Below, in pieces: positions 1-13,266 of a stretch of DNA of 64,000 nt; position 1 is the stretch's first letter, and the number at the start of each line of letters is the position of its first letter. The translations under genes were made by a program, and so were the position numbers. Under the pieces are notes generated by a model. The model did not search any database. It had not been told where the DNA came from and was given only the letters and a program-made list of their open reading frames with translations. This DNA is from Vitrella brassicaformis CCMP3155. Taxonomy: Eukaryota > Protista > Chromerida. The stretch spans positions 62,001 through 126,000 of the forward strand of contig CDMY01000273.1 of the NCBI GenBank assembly GCA_001179505.1, in the 5' to 3' direction.

Positions 1-265
1 GGATCACATCAATCAGTGTGAGACGCCAGACAAGGAAGCACTCCCCTCTTCCACTCCCTCCCTCCTCGCTGTATATATGTACAAGGGTAACCTACATGCA
101 TACCTTGCTTGTCTGGCTGCACCTCCCTCACTCATGTGGCCTTCAGTGTGAGTGAGAGGCCATACATGGGAGAGCTGCACTGTGGCTCGGTACACTCACT
201 CTCTTCAACAGTGTAGTGCGGGGCGGCCTGCCTGGCGCTCTCAGCCGCAAATGAGCGGAGGTCAC

Positions 266-3115
266 TCAGCTGAAATCCGGAGGTGAGCCACCCCCCAACT
301 CGCTCTCGCGCAGCCATGCCTTCAACTCGACACTCGCTGATCGCACAGCTAAGGCTACCTTGATGAACTCCCTCACGCCTTTCTTGCTGGCCAGACGTGA
401 AGAGGTCAGGCGATGGATGAGAGGCCGGCGGACACCCTGCGTGGCGGGGGCGTCCGCCGGCCACTCAGACACCACATCGCCAACGCACCCAGCAATGTCG
501 ACCACATCTAGCTGATCTACGGGCAGGTAGCAGAGAAGCTCACGGGCGGCAGCAAAGCTAGACAGGTCTGAGAAGGTGACACTCTTCAGTGTCGTCAACT
601 CGCCCAAAAGCGGGCTGAGCTTGCTACTGGTGGCACGCACGTCAGCCAAGGACAGCGAAAGATCGTGCACCGTCAACTGCTCGACAGCCGGGAAGTGGCG
701 GCTCGTCGCCCCCTCCCTCTCAGTCAGCCACTCGGGGATGCTGTCGTTCACTGCCGATGCACTCGCGCCGCGCTTGATGTTGATGGTGAGCTTCTTGGTG
801 TTGTGGAAGATGAGCTTGCCCCGCCACGACTCGTGCAGCGCTGTCCCGCCGAGCTTCAAACTGACCTGCATGCACACGAAGACACACACGTTGGTGCCCT
901 GCCTGGTGCACTCCCTCCCGTGTCTGTGCGCTCCTTACCTCGGTCGCCTTGGCCGCCAGCGGCGTTGCAATGTCCCCATAGGGGCCGCCGGGCGCAGGAA
1001 GAGCAGTGGCGTCGCTGCTGCAGTCGATGGTCAGCAAGCTCACTCTCGGCCACTCGATCTGGCAATGGACGTCTGCCGCCCACTTGGTGATGCCCGCCAT
1101 GTCGGCCGCCCCCTGCCTCTGCCCGTAGTCCATCCACCTACGAAAGGCCTCCATGTCGGCCACACCGATCGACGGAATGTCATCAAGCATCACGAACCCC
1201 AGCTTCTTCGGCGCCTCTGCATGCAACGGGTAAGGCAGATAGACAGACCAGCCCCCCGACTAAAGCGATTCGGTCCTTCTGGTCACGTACGCTTCTTGTC
1301 TGGTTTGCTCCAGTTTTGGTCGAGGGCGTTCTTGAGCTGACAGAGGCGGACGAAGTGGCCCATCTTGATCCCGATGCCAGCGATGGTGGTGAGGTGGGGG
1401 CAGCCGACGAGGGCATCGAGGAAGTCGCTCCACCGGGCGTCGTCGAATGTGATGCCGTCGCTGGACTCCAGCCGCTCCATCTTGGGCGATGTGCGGAGCA
1501 GACGCACCAAGGAGGTGGCCATCTCACCGGAGATGCGGCCGACTCGGAGTGTGGTGACTGCCGGGAAGGTCCAGCAACGAGCACTGCAGACACACACGTC
1601 GACTCAAGACAAGAATGACTCGGCGGTGGGGTCAACCCTGACTCCCCTCTCTGCGTACCTGATGTGGTCAAGACCTGCATGGCCAAGGAGGTCCAGGTCT
1701 GTGACTTTGGAGAACACGATGGGCTCGGCATTCGACGTCCGTAGGCGGTCCTTCTCCTCCACGTCCAGCGTCATCTTCTTGAGTGTGTCCCTGCTGGCCT
1801 CCAGCAGCTCCGACGCGACAGACGGCACACAGCCAGCCTCCACATGAGCCACCTGGATCCTGCCCTGCACACACACACACACAAACATGGACAGAGCGCT
1901 GAACCCCCACACACGCCTTCAATGTGTCCCCTGTGAGGCCTCCTACCGCCATGTGCGGCATCTTCTTGACTAGGCAGGCATCATCTACCACAGAGACGTC
2001 AGCGAACTTGCCGAAGAGGCCAAGTGTCGTCTCGGCGGCCCTCGTGTGGGTCCTAGCCTGCATCAGACGATAAGGTCACACATCACATCACAGCTCAGCC
2101 AAACGACCCTCCACTCTCATCTGACCTCGTCTTTCAAGTTCTGTAGCGTCTTGATCTTCTGGTAGGTGGGCTCTTCGCCACGCGTCACGGTGAAGCTGCG
2201 GAACACGCCGTACGTCTTGTCGGTGGCCTTCTCGTGGATCTCCCTGTTGACGCGCGAGAGGCTGCGGACGTTGTCGATGGTGGTCAGGAAGTAGCCCAGG
2301 CGGCCCACGACGGCTGCGGGCAGACCCGGCAGACACGGACGGCCGTGATCCTTCTGACACACAGACAGGCATCAGGTTGAGATATGTGTGTGGACATCCT
2401 CGTATTCCCTCTGTCACCTCTAAGGGCACGCCCTGCTGCTGTGTCGCTGCTGCAGAACCACACACATCAACTGAACCATCTGAAAGCACCACACCGCGCA
2501 GCCATACGTTTGCATCCCATCAGTGTGTGTGTGTGTGTGTGTGTGTGTTGTACCTCCACTACTCGCATCAGCCAGGGCGTCTACACGTCCACGCTTGCCG
2601 TCCTCACCAACCGCCACCTGAACACATGACGTGTGACGTGGTCCACCCATGTGTGTGCGTCGGCCTGTCTATGAGTTTGTGTGTACCTCCTTGCTGTGCT
2701 GTGTATCCGCATCGGTATGATCATTGCGCTGACACGGACAGACAGACAGACAGACAGAAGTGGAATGATCGGCGTGTGTGGGGCAAGTGTCTATGAGTCG
2801 TGCCATCCTTACCTTTGTGTCGTGGTCAGTGGTCTGTGCCATGTCTTTGCGAAGGGCGGACTGGAAGTCGCTGAGAGTCCTCAGGTAAGCCGACAGGCGG
2901 CCAGACAGCGACCCACCACCATCCTGCAGACAGCAGATCGACAAGACAGTGGGTAACGAGTAAGTGCCGCTGCTCGCCTGTCTGTTGTTCCACGTGCCGT
3001 GCACCTGTGTATCATTGTCGGTATGTGTGGCTATGATGTCCTCTGCCCGCTCAAGATCAGACGCAATCTGAGAGGCAACCTGCAAGCCAAAAGTAGTTAA
3101 CACATCCATGGACAT
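266..3115 (-). CDS. Multi-exon lineage-specific protein with an F-box-like motif and degenerate LRR-like C-terminal part
   Basis: Coding-looking exon ORFs at 2669-3115, ~2546-2625, 2117-2362 (LPAAVVGRLGYFLTTIDNVRSLSRVNREI, F-box-like), 1604-2063, 1283-1597, 940-1226 and 266-865, separated by GT-AG introns with microsatellites. Ends approximate. Confidence 0.6.
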
Positions 3116-3743
3116 CGGTCCTGCTGATTGTATGTCATATATGTGAGTAGCCAGCCCTCTCCCCCACTCTCTCTCACCGATTTCATCATCTGCACAACAT
3201 CGCGAGAGCTACCGCCGCCGTGATCTGCACCCGGCCCGCCGCCCTGCCCAAATGCAGCACACAATCATGACAGACAGACACGGCATCACACACGGGCTGT
3301 CCATCAGACGTGTGTGGTGGTGGTGGCGGATGAGACCTGCAGAGGCAGTCGGACCGTCACCGTCATCTTTGTGTACGTCCATCGGAGCATCGTCAGACAT
3401 CTGCATGGTAGTTCAAAACCTCACCGCACCACCACCTGACAAACATACCAAACAAACGGCAGGTCTCAAATATCGTTGCTTATTTCTCGTGCATCCCCGC
3501 CTGCCCCGCCTGCCTGCAGGTCTGTCTGCCAGCTGGCTGTCTGCCTGCTTGCTTGCCTGCTCGATGCAGCGTCGCTCAGATGAGGTCACAGTGGTACTGT
3601 ACCCGCATTCCACTGACATCGTTCTCTCTGCGATGTGTCAACCAGCTCCCACGCATTGAGGAGGATGCATCTCCTCGTCTTTCCGAGCTCGCAACCAAAC
3701 CCGTTGGCCAGGTTATCCTCGCCGCCTCTCTCGACCAAACTAA

Positions 3744-4007
3744 TTGAGAACCGCTTTCTCCGCCTCAGCGTCTTTGGCGGAGTCCGTCATCACTTCGAAT
3801 CGCTCTTTGTATAAGAGATGCGTGGCGTCAAGGCAGCGTGCCGACGGGGTGCGTCCCGCAGGGAGGGGAGGTCATGCAGCGCCGCAGCTCAGCCCAGAGG
3901 TCATGATGACCATGCGATACTTGCCGAGCTGCTACGACATCGGGAGTATTGAGGCCGTGTGCAAATCGTGGCTCGAGGCATCTCGCATGGGCAAAGATCA
4001 CGTCTGA
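3744..4007 (+). pseudogene. Possible orphan or decayed F-box-like fragment
   Basis: LSPEVMMTMRYLPSCYDIGSIEAVCKSW resembles the F-box consensus. No ATG start, a stop lies immediately upstream, and no downstream exons were found. Confidence 0.25.
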
Positions 4008-4589
4008 TCACGCCAACAGACGGCAGCGTGGACCACACCAGCTGACGCCGTGTGGGAGGGTGTGCGCGTGTGGCTAAGTGTGGCGGGCTATGGCTGGTAC
4101 GATGCCCGTATGGAGGAGTGCCGGCACTGGTGTACAGCGGGTGCGCGTGTGTGTGGGTATGGTGGACATGTGCGCATGGTGACGGTGGACTGGGCGGGCG
4201 GTGGGGTGAGACTTGTCCATGTGCGTGTGTGCTTCCCTGTTCAATGATTGACCGAACACTTTGCAAGCAGACACTGCAGCGCTGCTCGCGTCAACGAAAA
4301 CCGCTAAACGGTCCATATCTATCTATACAACACAGGACACCGTTGTAGCCCCTTCTGAGCACACAGGTATAATTACGACACACAGACGTCCACACGGGTA
4401 GTAATAAAGCAGGCATGAGCGCTACACCGTCCAGAACCCATAAAGGGCACATACATGGACAGACACCACATATGAATAAAGCCGATCAACAGCACCCACC
4501 GGTTCCTCTCTTCCCTCGTCAGACGTATCCACACCATGCACCACACCACCCACACGCACCCCACCCCACCCACATCCCTCTCCCTCAAT

Positions 4590-6627
4590 CTACTCCGTGG
4601 GGGCCGCTGCCCGTCGTCTGCCGCCCTTGAGAGGCGTGACGACCATCAAAACCCTCCCAAGCCGCACCAACGGCCTCACCGCCATCAGCACAAGCACCAC
4701 AAGCATCAGCAGCGGCAGGAATGACGCAGGCACGGACACGAACGAGGATCGTGTGAGTGGGGGCTGGTCCTTGTCTAGATGCGCTCGGCAGACGAGGGGG
4801 CACGGCCATTGCTTTGCGAGGGAGGGAGGTGGCGGGCTGGTTGAGAGACAGGGGGGGTAGTGGGGGCACCACAACTCCTGAATGGACCGACACACGCACA
4901 CAAGCAGATAAGCGCTTCCCTGGTGTGGCTGCTTGGATGGTTGATGTACCTACCTGCATTTGTCTGAGTTTGGTCATCCTGTGTGTGTCTGCCATGGCGA
5001 TGTCGGTCTCGACCACCAGCCAGGGCTTCTTGTTGACCTCCCCGTTCCAGTGGATCAACGCCGCCTCACGCAACACCGCCCAGTGATCCTTCTGCACACA
5101 CATCACACACACCCACACCCACAAGACACTCACCCTTGTAGTTCGTCGGTGGCAAGGACGAGACGAGGCTTACTGTCCGCCGCATCAGCAGGACGTCCAT
5201 GAGTGTGGGTGGCCACTCGAAGAAGGAGACGTTCCACGTGTCGTCGATCGGCTCCACCCGCCTCTGTCTGAACAGCAGGTTGAGCGGCAGCTGCGACGAC
5301 TCCACCGTGCTCATGCCCCGGAAGGTCGCCGCATTCGCCGAACGCAACAAACCGATCAGACCCTCAGCCTCCTGACCACGACCCACACCACATTCATTAG
5401 GACACATGACACACATAACATGCCCGTGTGTGTTGTGCACCTACCTGTCGAAGCTGGAGTTTGCGCCAGTATTGTGTGTTGAGTAACGACACGCCCGCAT
5501 TGAACATCTGCACGTCGTCGAACGTTGGCACGCTGGCGGCGAGGCGGGAATAGCTGAAATAAGAGAGATAACCGAGAAGCGACACAAGTGCGTGTGCGTG
5601 TGTGTATGTGTGTGTGTGTGTGTGACGTATCTTCGGCTCACAGCTGTGGAGGCAGCAGTTTGCTGAGAGAGAAGGCGGGGCCCCGCGGCACAGCAGCAAT
5701 GCCCGTGTCACCATCGTCCACCAACGACGAATGGTACAGCTCACCGACATCCCTCTACAATGAATGCAGTCAATTCCACAACCAAATCCCATCATATCAT
5801 GGATCGGGTCGAGCGAAACACAACACAACCCTCCCGTCCACCGACCTGCACGAGTGTGTCGGCATCCGTCCACAGGACCTTGTCGGCCTCAGGCAGCAGG
5901 TCGCCCAGGTAAAACCGCAGGAAGTTGAACACCACCTGGGGAGGCCGCCCTCTTGCAAGCGGCACTTCGTCGGGCGATATCCCCACCGCCAAAACGTCTA
6001 GACCATCTGCCCGCGACGTGCCGTTGGCTGCGGCTGACGTGGCAGCATGATTGAGCGCGGGCTGAATGCGGTCGACCAGGTCTGGCTCGGTGTGCACCCG
6101 CACAGAGAGGCAGCCCACATCCTGAACAAGACAGACCAATCAGCACTTTTGTGCATATGTCTGTCTGTGTGCGCCTTGTTGGTAGCACGTGGCGCGTGGC
6201 TGGCTGACCCTGCTGCTGCTGAACAGCGAATGCACCAGTGCAACAGCCCCCTCCACCTGAAGACTGACACACACACACACACGAAGGGGCAGATCTTTTA
6301 CACAGAGAACTGCTTGCTTCCGTCGTGCCAAGTAAGGGTACCTACCTGTCAGCGCCCGTGGCAACCCACACCCGCCTGTCTGCCGGGCACCCACTGATTG
6401 ACCCAGCCATCGTCTGCGATGACGCCTTTGTCCGCCGAAGCCGTTTACCGGCGCGCCATCCCTGCCTTCGGTGTCTGCGCAGCCCGGCACCTCATTCGGT
6501 GTCTGTGATCATCCCAGATCTGCCAGGCTGCGTCTGCGTCAACACCAACGCAATCGTTTCGCATCGCGCAGAAGTACAGATGAAGGCCCAAACAATGGGA
6601 AGACCTCTGTGACCATGGTCTCATCAA
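4590..6627 (-). CDS. Glycosyltransferase family 8 (GATL/GLT8D1-like)
   Basis: Exons encode VEGAVALVHS, NFLRFYLGDLLPEADKVLWTDADTLVQ (DxD motif), FNAGVSLLN, SQLPLNLLF and LIHWNGEVNKKPW, all GT8 hallmarks. Start codon uncertain. Confidence 0.85.
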
Positions 6628-6969
6628 AGATCAGCACACGGCTTCGGTCGGTCGGTTAAGGGTTTGACGAGACACCTGTCCCTAAGCCCGGCGCTACCTT
6701 CCGGCGCAACCAGGCATCTTCTCTGTCCACAGCACACACCAAACAGGCAACAGGCACATGCAGAATGCATGCACAAGGCCTATCTGCCCTTCCCATGGAA
6801 CCATGTAGCTGCTAGTCTGAGAAGTCAGCGTCAAGCACCCACTGCTCCATCTCATGCAACTCATATATCAATTCATACTCACCATCAAACTGACTGGTTT
6901 CTCGTCTAGGTTTTCAGGGCTTGAAACCCTACTACCCCTTGAACCCTACGCTCGCAACCCTTTGGAGAA

Positions 6970-9602
6970 ATGCGAGGCCGTTTGCGTGATGCGGACGTCC
7001 CCCGGGGCTATGCGGCTAAGCTACAGGCACAACGTTCACCCAGGAGCACCAGACCAACGCCTTCCACCACGGCAACCTCATCCCATCGCAACACGCAGCA
7101 TGCGGCCACACAGCTCCCCAAGAAGGACCTGAGAACTCACTACACTCACCATCGCCACCGCCCGCCCCTCCCTCAAGCCCCACCACCGGCCCTCAATGCA
7201 GTGCCCGCTGCTGCGAGTCTGGAGGAATCCCCATTGGCCAAGCCCGTTTCTCTGCGCCTAACGAATGGTCCCCTATCGCTCACGACCTCAACGTCGCGGC
7301 GGCCGGCTGCGAGGGAGCCCGTCCAATCGCAGGCGCCCTCTCTCTCACGGCCTCCTTCCGCTCCATCGTCCTCTCACCGTGAGAGCCCCTTGACGGCGCA
7401 CCGCAACCGGGCTGTCCCGACGCCATCCAATGCCTCTCCGCAGCTGTCGGCGGCCAGATATGTGCCCAATGCCCACGCCGGAAGAGACCGGCATCTGTTC
7501 GCCAAGTTTGAAGATCCGAAAGACAGTGAGGACGCCACGCCACCGCGGTTTCGGGAGGGCCATCTTCTCTCGCCTCGCGTCCCTGGCCATGGGCAGACCC
7601 CTGCAGCAGGCGCTAGGGAGGAGACGGACATCCATGTTCCCTGCCCGTCCTCCCTGCCACCCCCTCCCCCTCCCCCTCCTCCTCCCCACTTCACGGCAAA
7701 GCTGCTGCCCTCTCCCTCCTGCTCTTCCCACCGTCGCGCACGCGATGCTTTTGACAATGCCGATGGGCCTCGTCGGTATCTGTCCGAATCAGCGGCTGTG
7801 TTGAGGGTGCAGCGATGGTGGCGTCATAGGCGCAGAGTGGTGTTCATGAGATGGCGGCTGCGGCAGATGTGCACCCTGGTGAGGCTGGTGAGGCGGCTGC
7901 AGAGATGGTGGAGGCGAATGCGGTGGATCGGGGAGCTGACGAGACGCTGTGAGGAGCGGAGGGAGGTGGTTGGGAAGTTCGGGAGGCGCGGGACGGCGGA
8001 GGGCCACCACCACCCGTTGCCATTGCCGCCGCCCGAGGAGCAGATCATCCCCACCGTCGCGAGGCGATTGGGCTTGCTGCCGGCTGCGGATGGCAGCCTC
8101 ATCCCGGAGCATGAGCATGAGCACTCTACCCCGCCGCACCCCAACAACAACAACAACAACAATAACAAGACGGCGTCGCCCCCGTCGACATGGACAGCGG
8201 GCAGCGAGAAGAGCCTGGTGTCGACCTCGCAGCACCTCCCGCCCGGCGTCGGCTGTGAGGGTCTCACTGCCGACCCATCCCTCATGCACCTACACGCCAC
8301 TCGACGGGCAGACATCGCCGGACCAAACCCCACCATACCGGAGGGAGACGAACGAGACCAACAAGAAGACGCCATCCACGAGCACGAGGAGGACGAGCAT
8401 GAGGAGGCCAAGTGCGCCCACTCGCCCATGACGGTCATGTCGGTTCCATCCTCGGCCTCTGCTTCGGGGGGCACCAAGCCGTTCCTGCGTCGGAAGAGCA
8501 AGGCGGTGCCGGCGCAAACTGTGGATTGGTCGGGTGTGGGGCCGCGTGTGGAGCCATGGCTGAGCAGACAGGGGAAGGCGCCCACCACCAGACGCCGACA
8601 CGCCGTGGCTGAGGATGGCACGCTCTCCCGCGGAGAAGATGACAGCAGTTTCCTTGCTGCGAGTGAGAGAGAAAGGGAGTCGGTGCCGATGCTGGTCCGC
8701 ACGGGGGCCGGGGGCGCTCCTTGCAGTCGCCAGCCACCCAATACCACCATCGGCACCACCACCAGCAGGAGGAGGGTCCAGGGCAGCCGCTACCCGTCGG
8801 CACCAGCCGTGCTCAGCGAGTCGTTCTCGCGGATCCGCGCGAGCCTGCAGGGCGACTTCGCCGCGTCTCCTTCTCCAGGCCACAGAGAGCACAGAGACGT
8901 GGCGGTGGCCAGGGGCGGAGGTGGGGCTAGGGATGATCAGAGTGGCGATGTGCTGTGCGATTCCTCCGAGTTTGAGCGGCTGCTGGAGGGTATCCAGCGG
9001 CGGGGCATGGCTTTGCCTGTCGGGCTGACAGCGGAGCCCATCGACCCTGCGATAGCACAACTAGAACGGTACGCAATGGGATGAGAGAAAGACGCCCGAA
9101 CCATACGTTTGCGCACAGGAGGTTTGATTTGTCACGTTTTCTCTGGTTGGTTTGTGCGTGAGTGAGTGCAGGGATTTGGACGCTTTGGAGCTGTCACTGC
9201 ACGATGCGGGCATCCTGTCGGAAACGCCGCCAGGTCAGGGAGGCAGGCAGGCAGCGAGGGAGGCAGGCAGTCAGGCAGGCAGCGAGCAAAGTGGATGAGA
9301 CATTCATCCATCGGCTCACCCATCCATCCCCGTCTGTCTCTTTCCTGTGCACGCGTGTACGTATGTGTGTTGGTGTGTGCAGTGACGGGTAGTTCCATCC
9401 CCCAGGTGGCGAGGGACTCGCCCTACATAGCATCGCTGCAGCTGCCGGAGGACTACCAGGTCACTCACATCACATGCAATGCACTGCAATGCACCCACCA
9501 TTCATTTCGACTTACTGTGTTGTGCATGTCGTGTGTGTGCAGCGGGAGGTGGCGGCGCTCGTGCGTGAGTATGACCGCCTGTGTGCGGGCGATGTCAGCT
9601 AG
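6970..9602 (+). CDS. Low-complexity protein with tandem IQ-like calmodulin-binding motifs
   Basis: 704-aa open first exon containing AVLRVQRWWRHRR and VRRLQRWWRRMRW. Splices in frame at ~9068 to small exons ~9391-9459 and 9543-9602 (REVAALVREYDRLCAGDVS*). Confidence 0.65.
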
Positions 9603-10280
9603 CTGCCACGACGACTGACTGACCGGGTGAGAACATTCGTGAAGGTCATGTAGACAGACAGGTAGATAGAGAAAGGGGAAACGATGAGGGACGGGATGGA
9701 CGGCACGGCACGGCACGCTGCTCGTTGTTCCACAGTGAGTGAGTGCATGTGTTGTATGTATGCGAGACGCTGCCGCGCCGCCTGGACATGATTATGTATG
9801 TTTATACGTGCGGTGCGGTGCGCGTGCATTCACTCACTCACGCAAGCTTGTGTCTGTCGGATTGGTGGGCAGTCAGTCCCTCATCGGTCTGGTCAGTCTA
9901 CTCCATTTGCAGACCACACACACAGATCACATCTCAAGGCGCAGCGCACACGACACACATGCGCACAAACAGACCACATACACACACACACCCCATCTCT
10001 CTGTCAGCCACTCGAAAACCTCTCCTCTCGCTGTGACTCTGTTCTGCCCTCTTGGCTGTGATGCGACCGACATTTGAAACACATACATCCATGAGCGGAA
10101 TGCCCACAGGCCACCGACCAGAAGGCTTGTGACAACCTGCTCATGTGTGCATGTAACAAATGCTTCACACACACACACAAGCGGGGCCAGAACAGGTATG
10201 CGACGCAGCTCCATTGGAGCGCTCCGGACCCACACGCACGCAATCCCTCTCCTCTCCCCGTCCCTCTCTCTACCGTCTGT

Positions 10281-11279
10281 CTAGACGAAGAATTTGTTGA
10301 ACTCGTCGAGTGACTGGTTGAGTCTGACGATGGACTTGATGAGGACCTCGATCCTCTTTTGGCTGCGTTGTTTGCCCTCGGGGATCTGCGCCTCGACGCT
10401 GATGTCGCGGATGTCCTGGATGATGTTGCGCAGCAGCCGGTCTGTCCCCACCTGGGCGTCCTCGTCCAACACCTCCAACGACATCTTGTTCAAAGTGATC
10501 CGCAGGTCCGCCACGTCAAACTTCTTCTGCACCAGCGCGTTCAAATCTGCACACACACACAAGATAGACATCCATCCATCCACACCTCCATCCATCCAAC
10601 GGACAGCAATCGACTCCCTCCTGCCCGTAAGTCAGACTGACCGGCGTTTTTGTCGTCTTTGAGAGCGATGGCGAGGTTGGTGGCCGCCTCCCGCCACTTG
10701 CGCAGCTTCTCGATGCCCGCCTGCACCTCCTGGCTCTTGAGCGCATCCTCATTGCGGATGGCCTTGGTGGGGTCCTTGACGCCGGCATAGTCGCCGCCGA
10801 AGGGGCCGTACTTGGCGGCCTCGGCCGGCTGGTCCCCCGACCCGTATGTGAGGCCCAGGAGGACGGCACCCAAGCCGAGACCTGACATGGCCTCCGACAA
10901 GTGCTGACGGCGGCCGCCTTCAGACTGGAATGATTGAACAAGCGGACGGATACACAGAAAGGTGATTAGTGAATGTGTGAGTCAGTCGTGTCGGGTGCTG
11001 TGCATTGATTGCGTCGATGCATCCCACCAGCATTTGGAGCTGCATTGCGCCTCCCCTCCTTGACCGCAAACGTGACCTGGACGGCTGAAAGTGCAACCCA
11101 CACACAAACACAAACAGACAGACACGGGATGAGATGAGCAACCAATTGCCACCAATGCAGATCTGCCGCCCTAGTACCTGATGAGAGTTGGTCAGGAGAG
11201 AAGAGCCACTTTGCGGCACGAAACCGCTGCAGGCGGCGCAAAGCGCCAGGACGCAGACAGTCGCTATTGCAATCCTCAT
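10281..11279 (-). CDS. Nucleus-encoded plastid protein, predicted thylakoid lumen, helical, family not firmly identified
   Basis: Signal peptide MRIAIATVCVLALCAACSG-F, transit peptide, then a GRRQHL...hydrophobic...PAEA-AKYG Tat-like signal. Mature part lies in exons ~10637-10925 and 10281-10546. Confidence 0.7.
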
Positions 11280-11939
11280 CCTGCCGGCGTGATGCCTTCG
11301 GTTCCTTCCCGCGCTGACTGACATTCTGAGCTCGCATGCGATCCTTTGTGAGAGACGTCATCTCGGTGCCTTGGAGCAGGTGCAGCTGCTGCGCGCCTGT
11401 GGTCTCACAGATCTGCTGCAAAAAGGTAAAGAACACGACACACACCCTGACAGATCAGCGCTCGCTGCTGCATGTGGCCTCCCTCGGCCGCACGACGCAC
11501 CACAACCGGCCGTCGGTGCTCATTCTCAGTTGCGTGCGTCATTGTTTTCCCTGTGTTGTCAGGAGTGGGCCTTGTGGTGTGATCCTACCATCTCACACAC
11601 GTCTGTGCTGGCTATCTGGTGTTTGAGGAGGGCATCTGAGTGAGTGACTCGGCAGCGGGTGTTGCTGGTAGTGGCGGGTTGAGTTGAGGCGCGGCAGAGG
11701 TGCCTGCCAGTGGTGCACGTTCAACTGCCGCAACTCTACTCCTTCGCCAAGCAACTGATATGGTATGTCAGCTGACACACGTGGGCGGGGAGGGAGGCAG
11801 ACTGGCAGGCAGGCAGGCGCAGGCAGAGAGAGGGGAAGAGCGAAGCCAATCGACTGGCGGCGGCGCGTGTGTCTCATCTCCCTCCCTTGTGTGGCATGCA
11901 ATGCATGTGTGTGTTTGTGTTGATCCACAGAACGTGGAG

Positions 11940-12145
11940 ATGGCGGGTGGTTCGGAGGGCGCCAACCAGAACCACATGGCCACCAACGGCCAGATCGACA
12001 CCGACCTCTACTCGCGACAGATCGGGGCATTCGGCTTCGAAACCATGGGCAAACTCATCAAAATGAAGATCCTCATCTCAGGACTCAGGGGACTCGGCAT
12101 CGAGACCGGTACGGGACGCCTGTCTGCACGTCTGTATCCATGTGC

Positions 12146-12179
<34 letters not shown>

Positions 12180-13235
12180 TGTGTGTCTGTGTGTCAGCCA
12201 AGAATTTGGTGCTGGCGGGTCCGAACACCGTGACGATTCACGACGACTCTCTGGTGGAGATGCGCGACCTGGGGTCCAACTTCTACCTGAGCGAGGAGGA
12301 CGTCGGCAAGAAGTCCCGCGCACAGGCCTGCCTCATGAAGCTCGCCGAACTCAACACCTACGTCAGCGTCAACATCCACACCGGACCCATCACACCCGAC
12401 CTCCTCAAAAACTTCAACGTCTGTATCTTCTCGGAAACCTCCCGGTAGGTATGGTGGCAATCGCCCACACACACACACCCTCACACACATGGAGGGAGGG
12501 AGGGAGGGAGGGAGGGAGGGGGAGAGGGATGCTCACACTGGTTGGTGTGTGTGCGTGATGGCTGCCAGCCGGAGTTTGATTGAGTACAACAACTTCTGTC
12601 GGTCCCAGAGCCCCCCGATCGGCTTCATCGCGGCCGACTGCTTCGGCCTGGCCGCCTCGGTGTTCGTCGACTTCGGCGACCAGTTCACCTGCCACGACAA
12701 AGACGGAGAGGAACCCAAAAGCGCCATCATCAACGGAATCACACAGGCACGCCGCCCATCTCCACATTCCCACATCACACGAGATGGGTGGTCTCTGTCT
12801 GTCTGTGTGTGTGTCCGTGTGTGAGTGCAGGACAACCCCGGGTCTGTGACGCTGCACAGCGAGCGTCCCTTGCCCTTCCAGGACGGCGACTACGTGACGT
12901 TCAGCGAGGTGCGGGGCATGACCGAGGTCAACGACCTGCCGCCACAGCAGATCAAAACCACCGGCAAATACACCTTCACCTTCGGCGACACATCCAAGTT
13001 CCAGCCATACGAACGGTACGTGGCCGTGCCGTCACCCACACACGGCACGACAGGGGGAGAGAGGGGCGGTGTGACTGTGTGTGTGTGTGGGTGGGTGGGT
13101 GGATGGGATGGGATGCATGTGTGTGTGTGTCTTAATATAGCGAGGGGATCGTCACGCAGGCCAAGGTGCCGGTGACGCTCAAGTTTAAGTCGTACGAGAC
13201 CTGCTGCGCCAAACCTCTCGCCGACGGGTCGGTAC

Positions 13236-13266
<31 letters not shown>

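Noticed and set aside
7280-9060. Several 120-310 aa antisense or alternate-frame ORFs over the IQ gene
   Set aside because: Shadow ORFs of a GC-rich coding exon with no family motifs.
10281-11279. Naming the lumenal protein PsbQ or diatom Psa29/PsaS
   Set aside because: No convincing motif match to PsbQ from memory. Psa29 is reported as stromal, which conflicts with the Tat-like signal.
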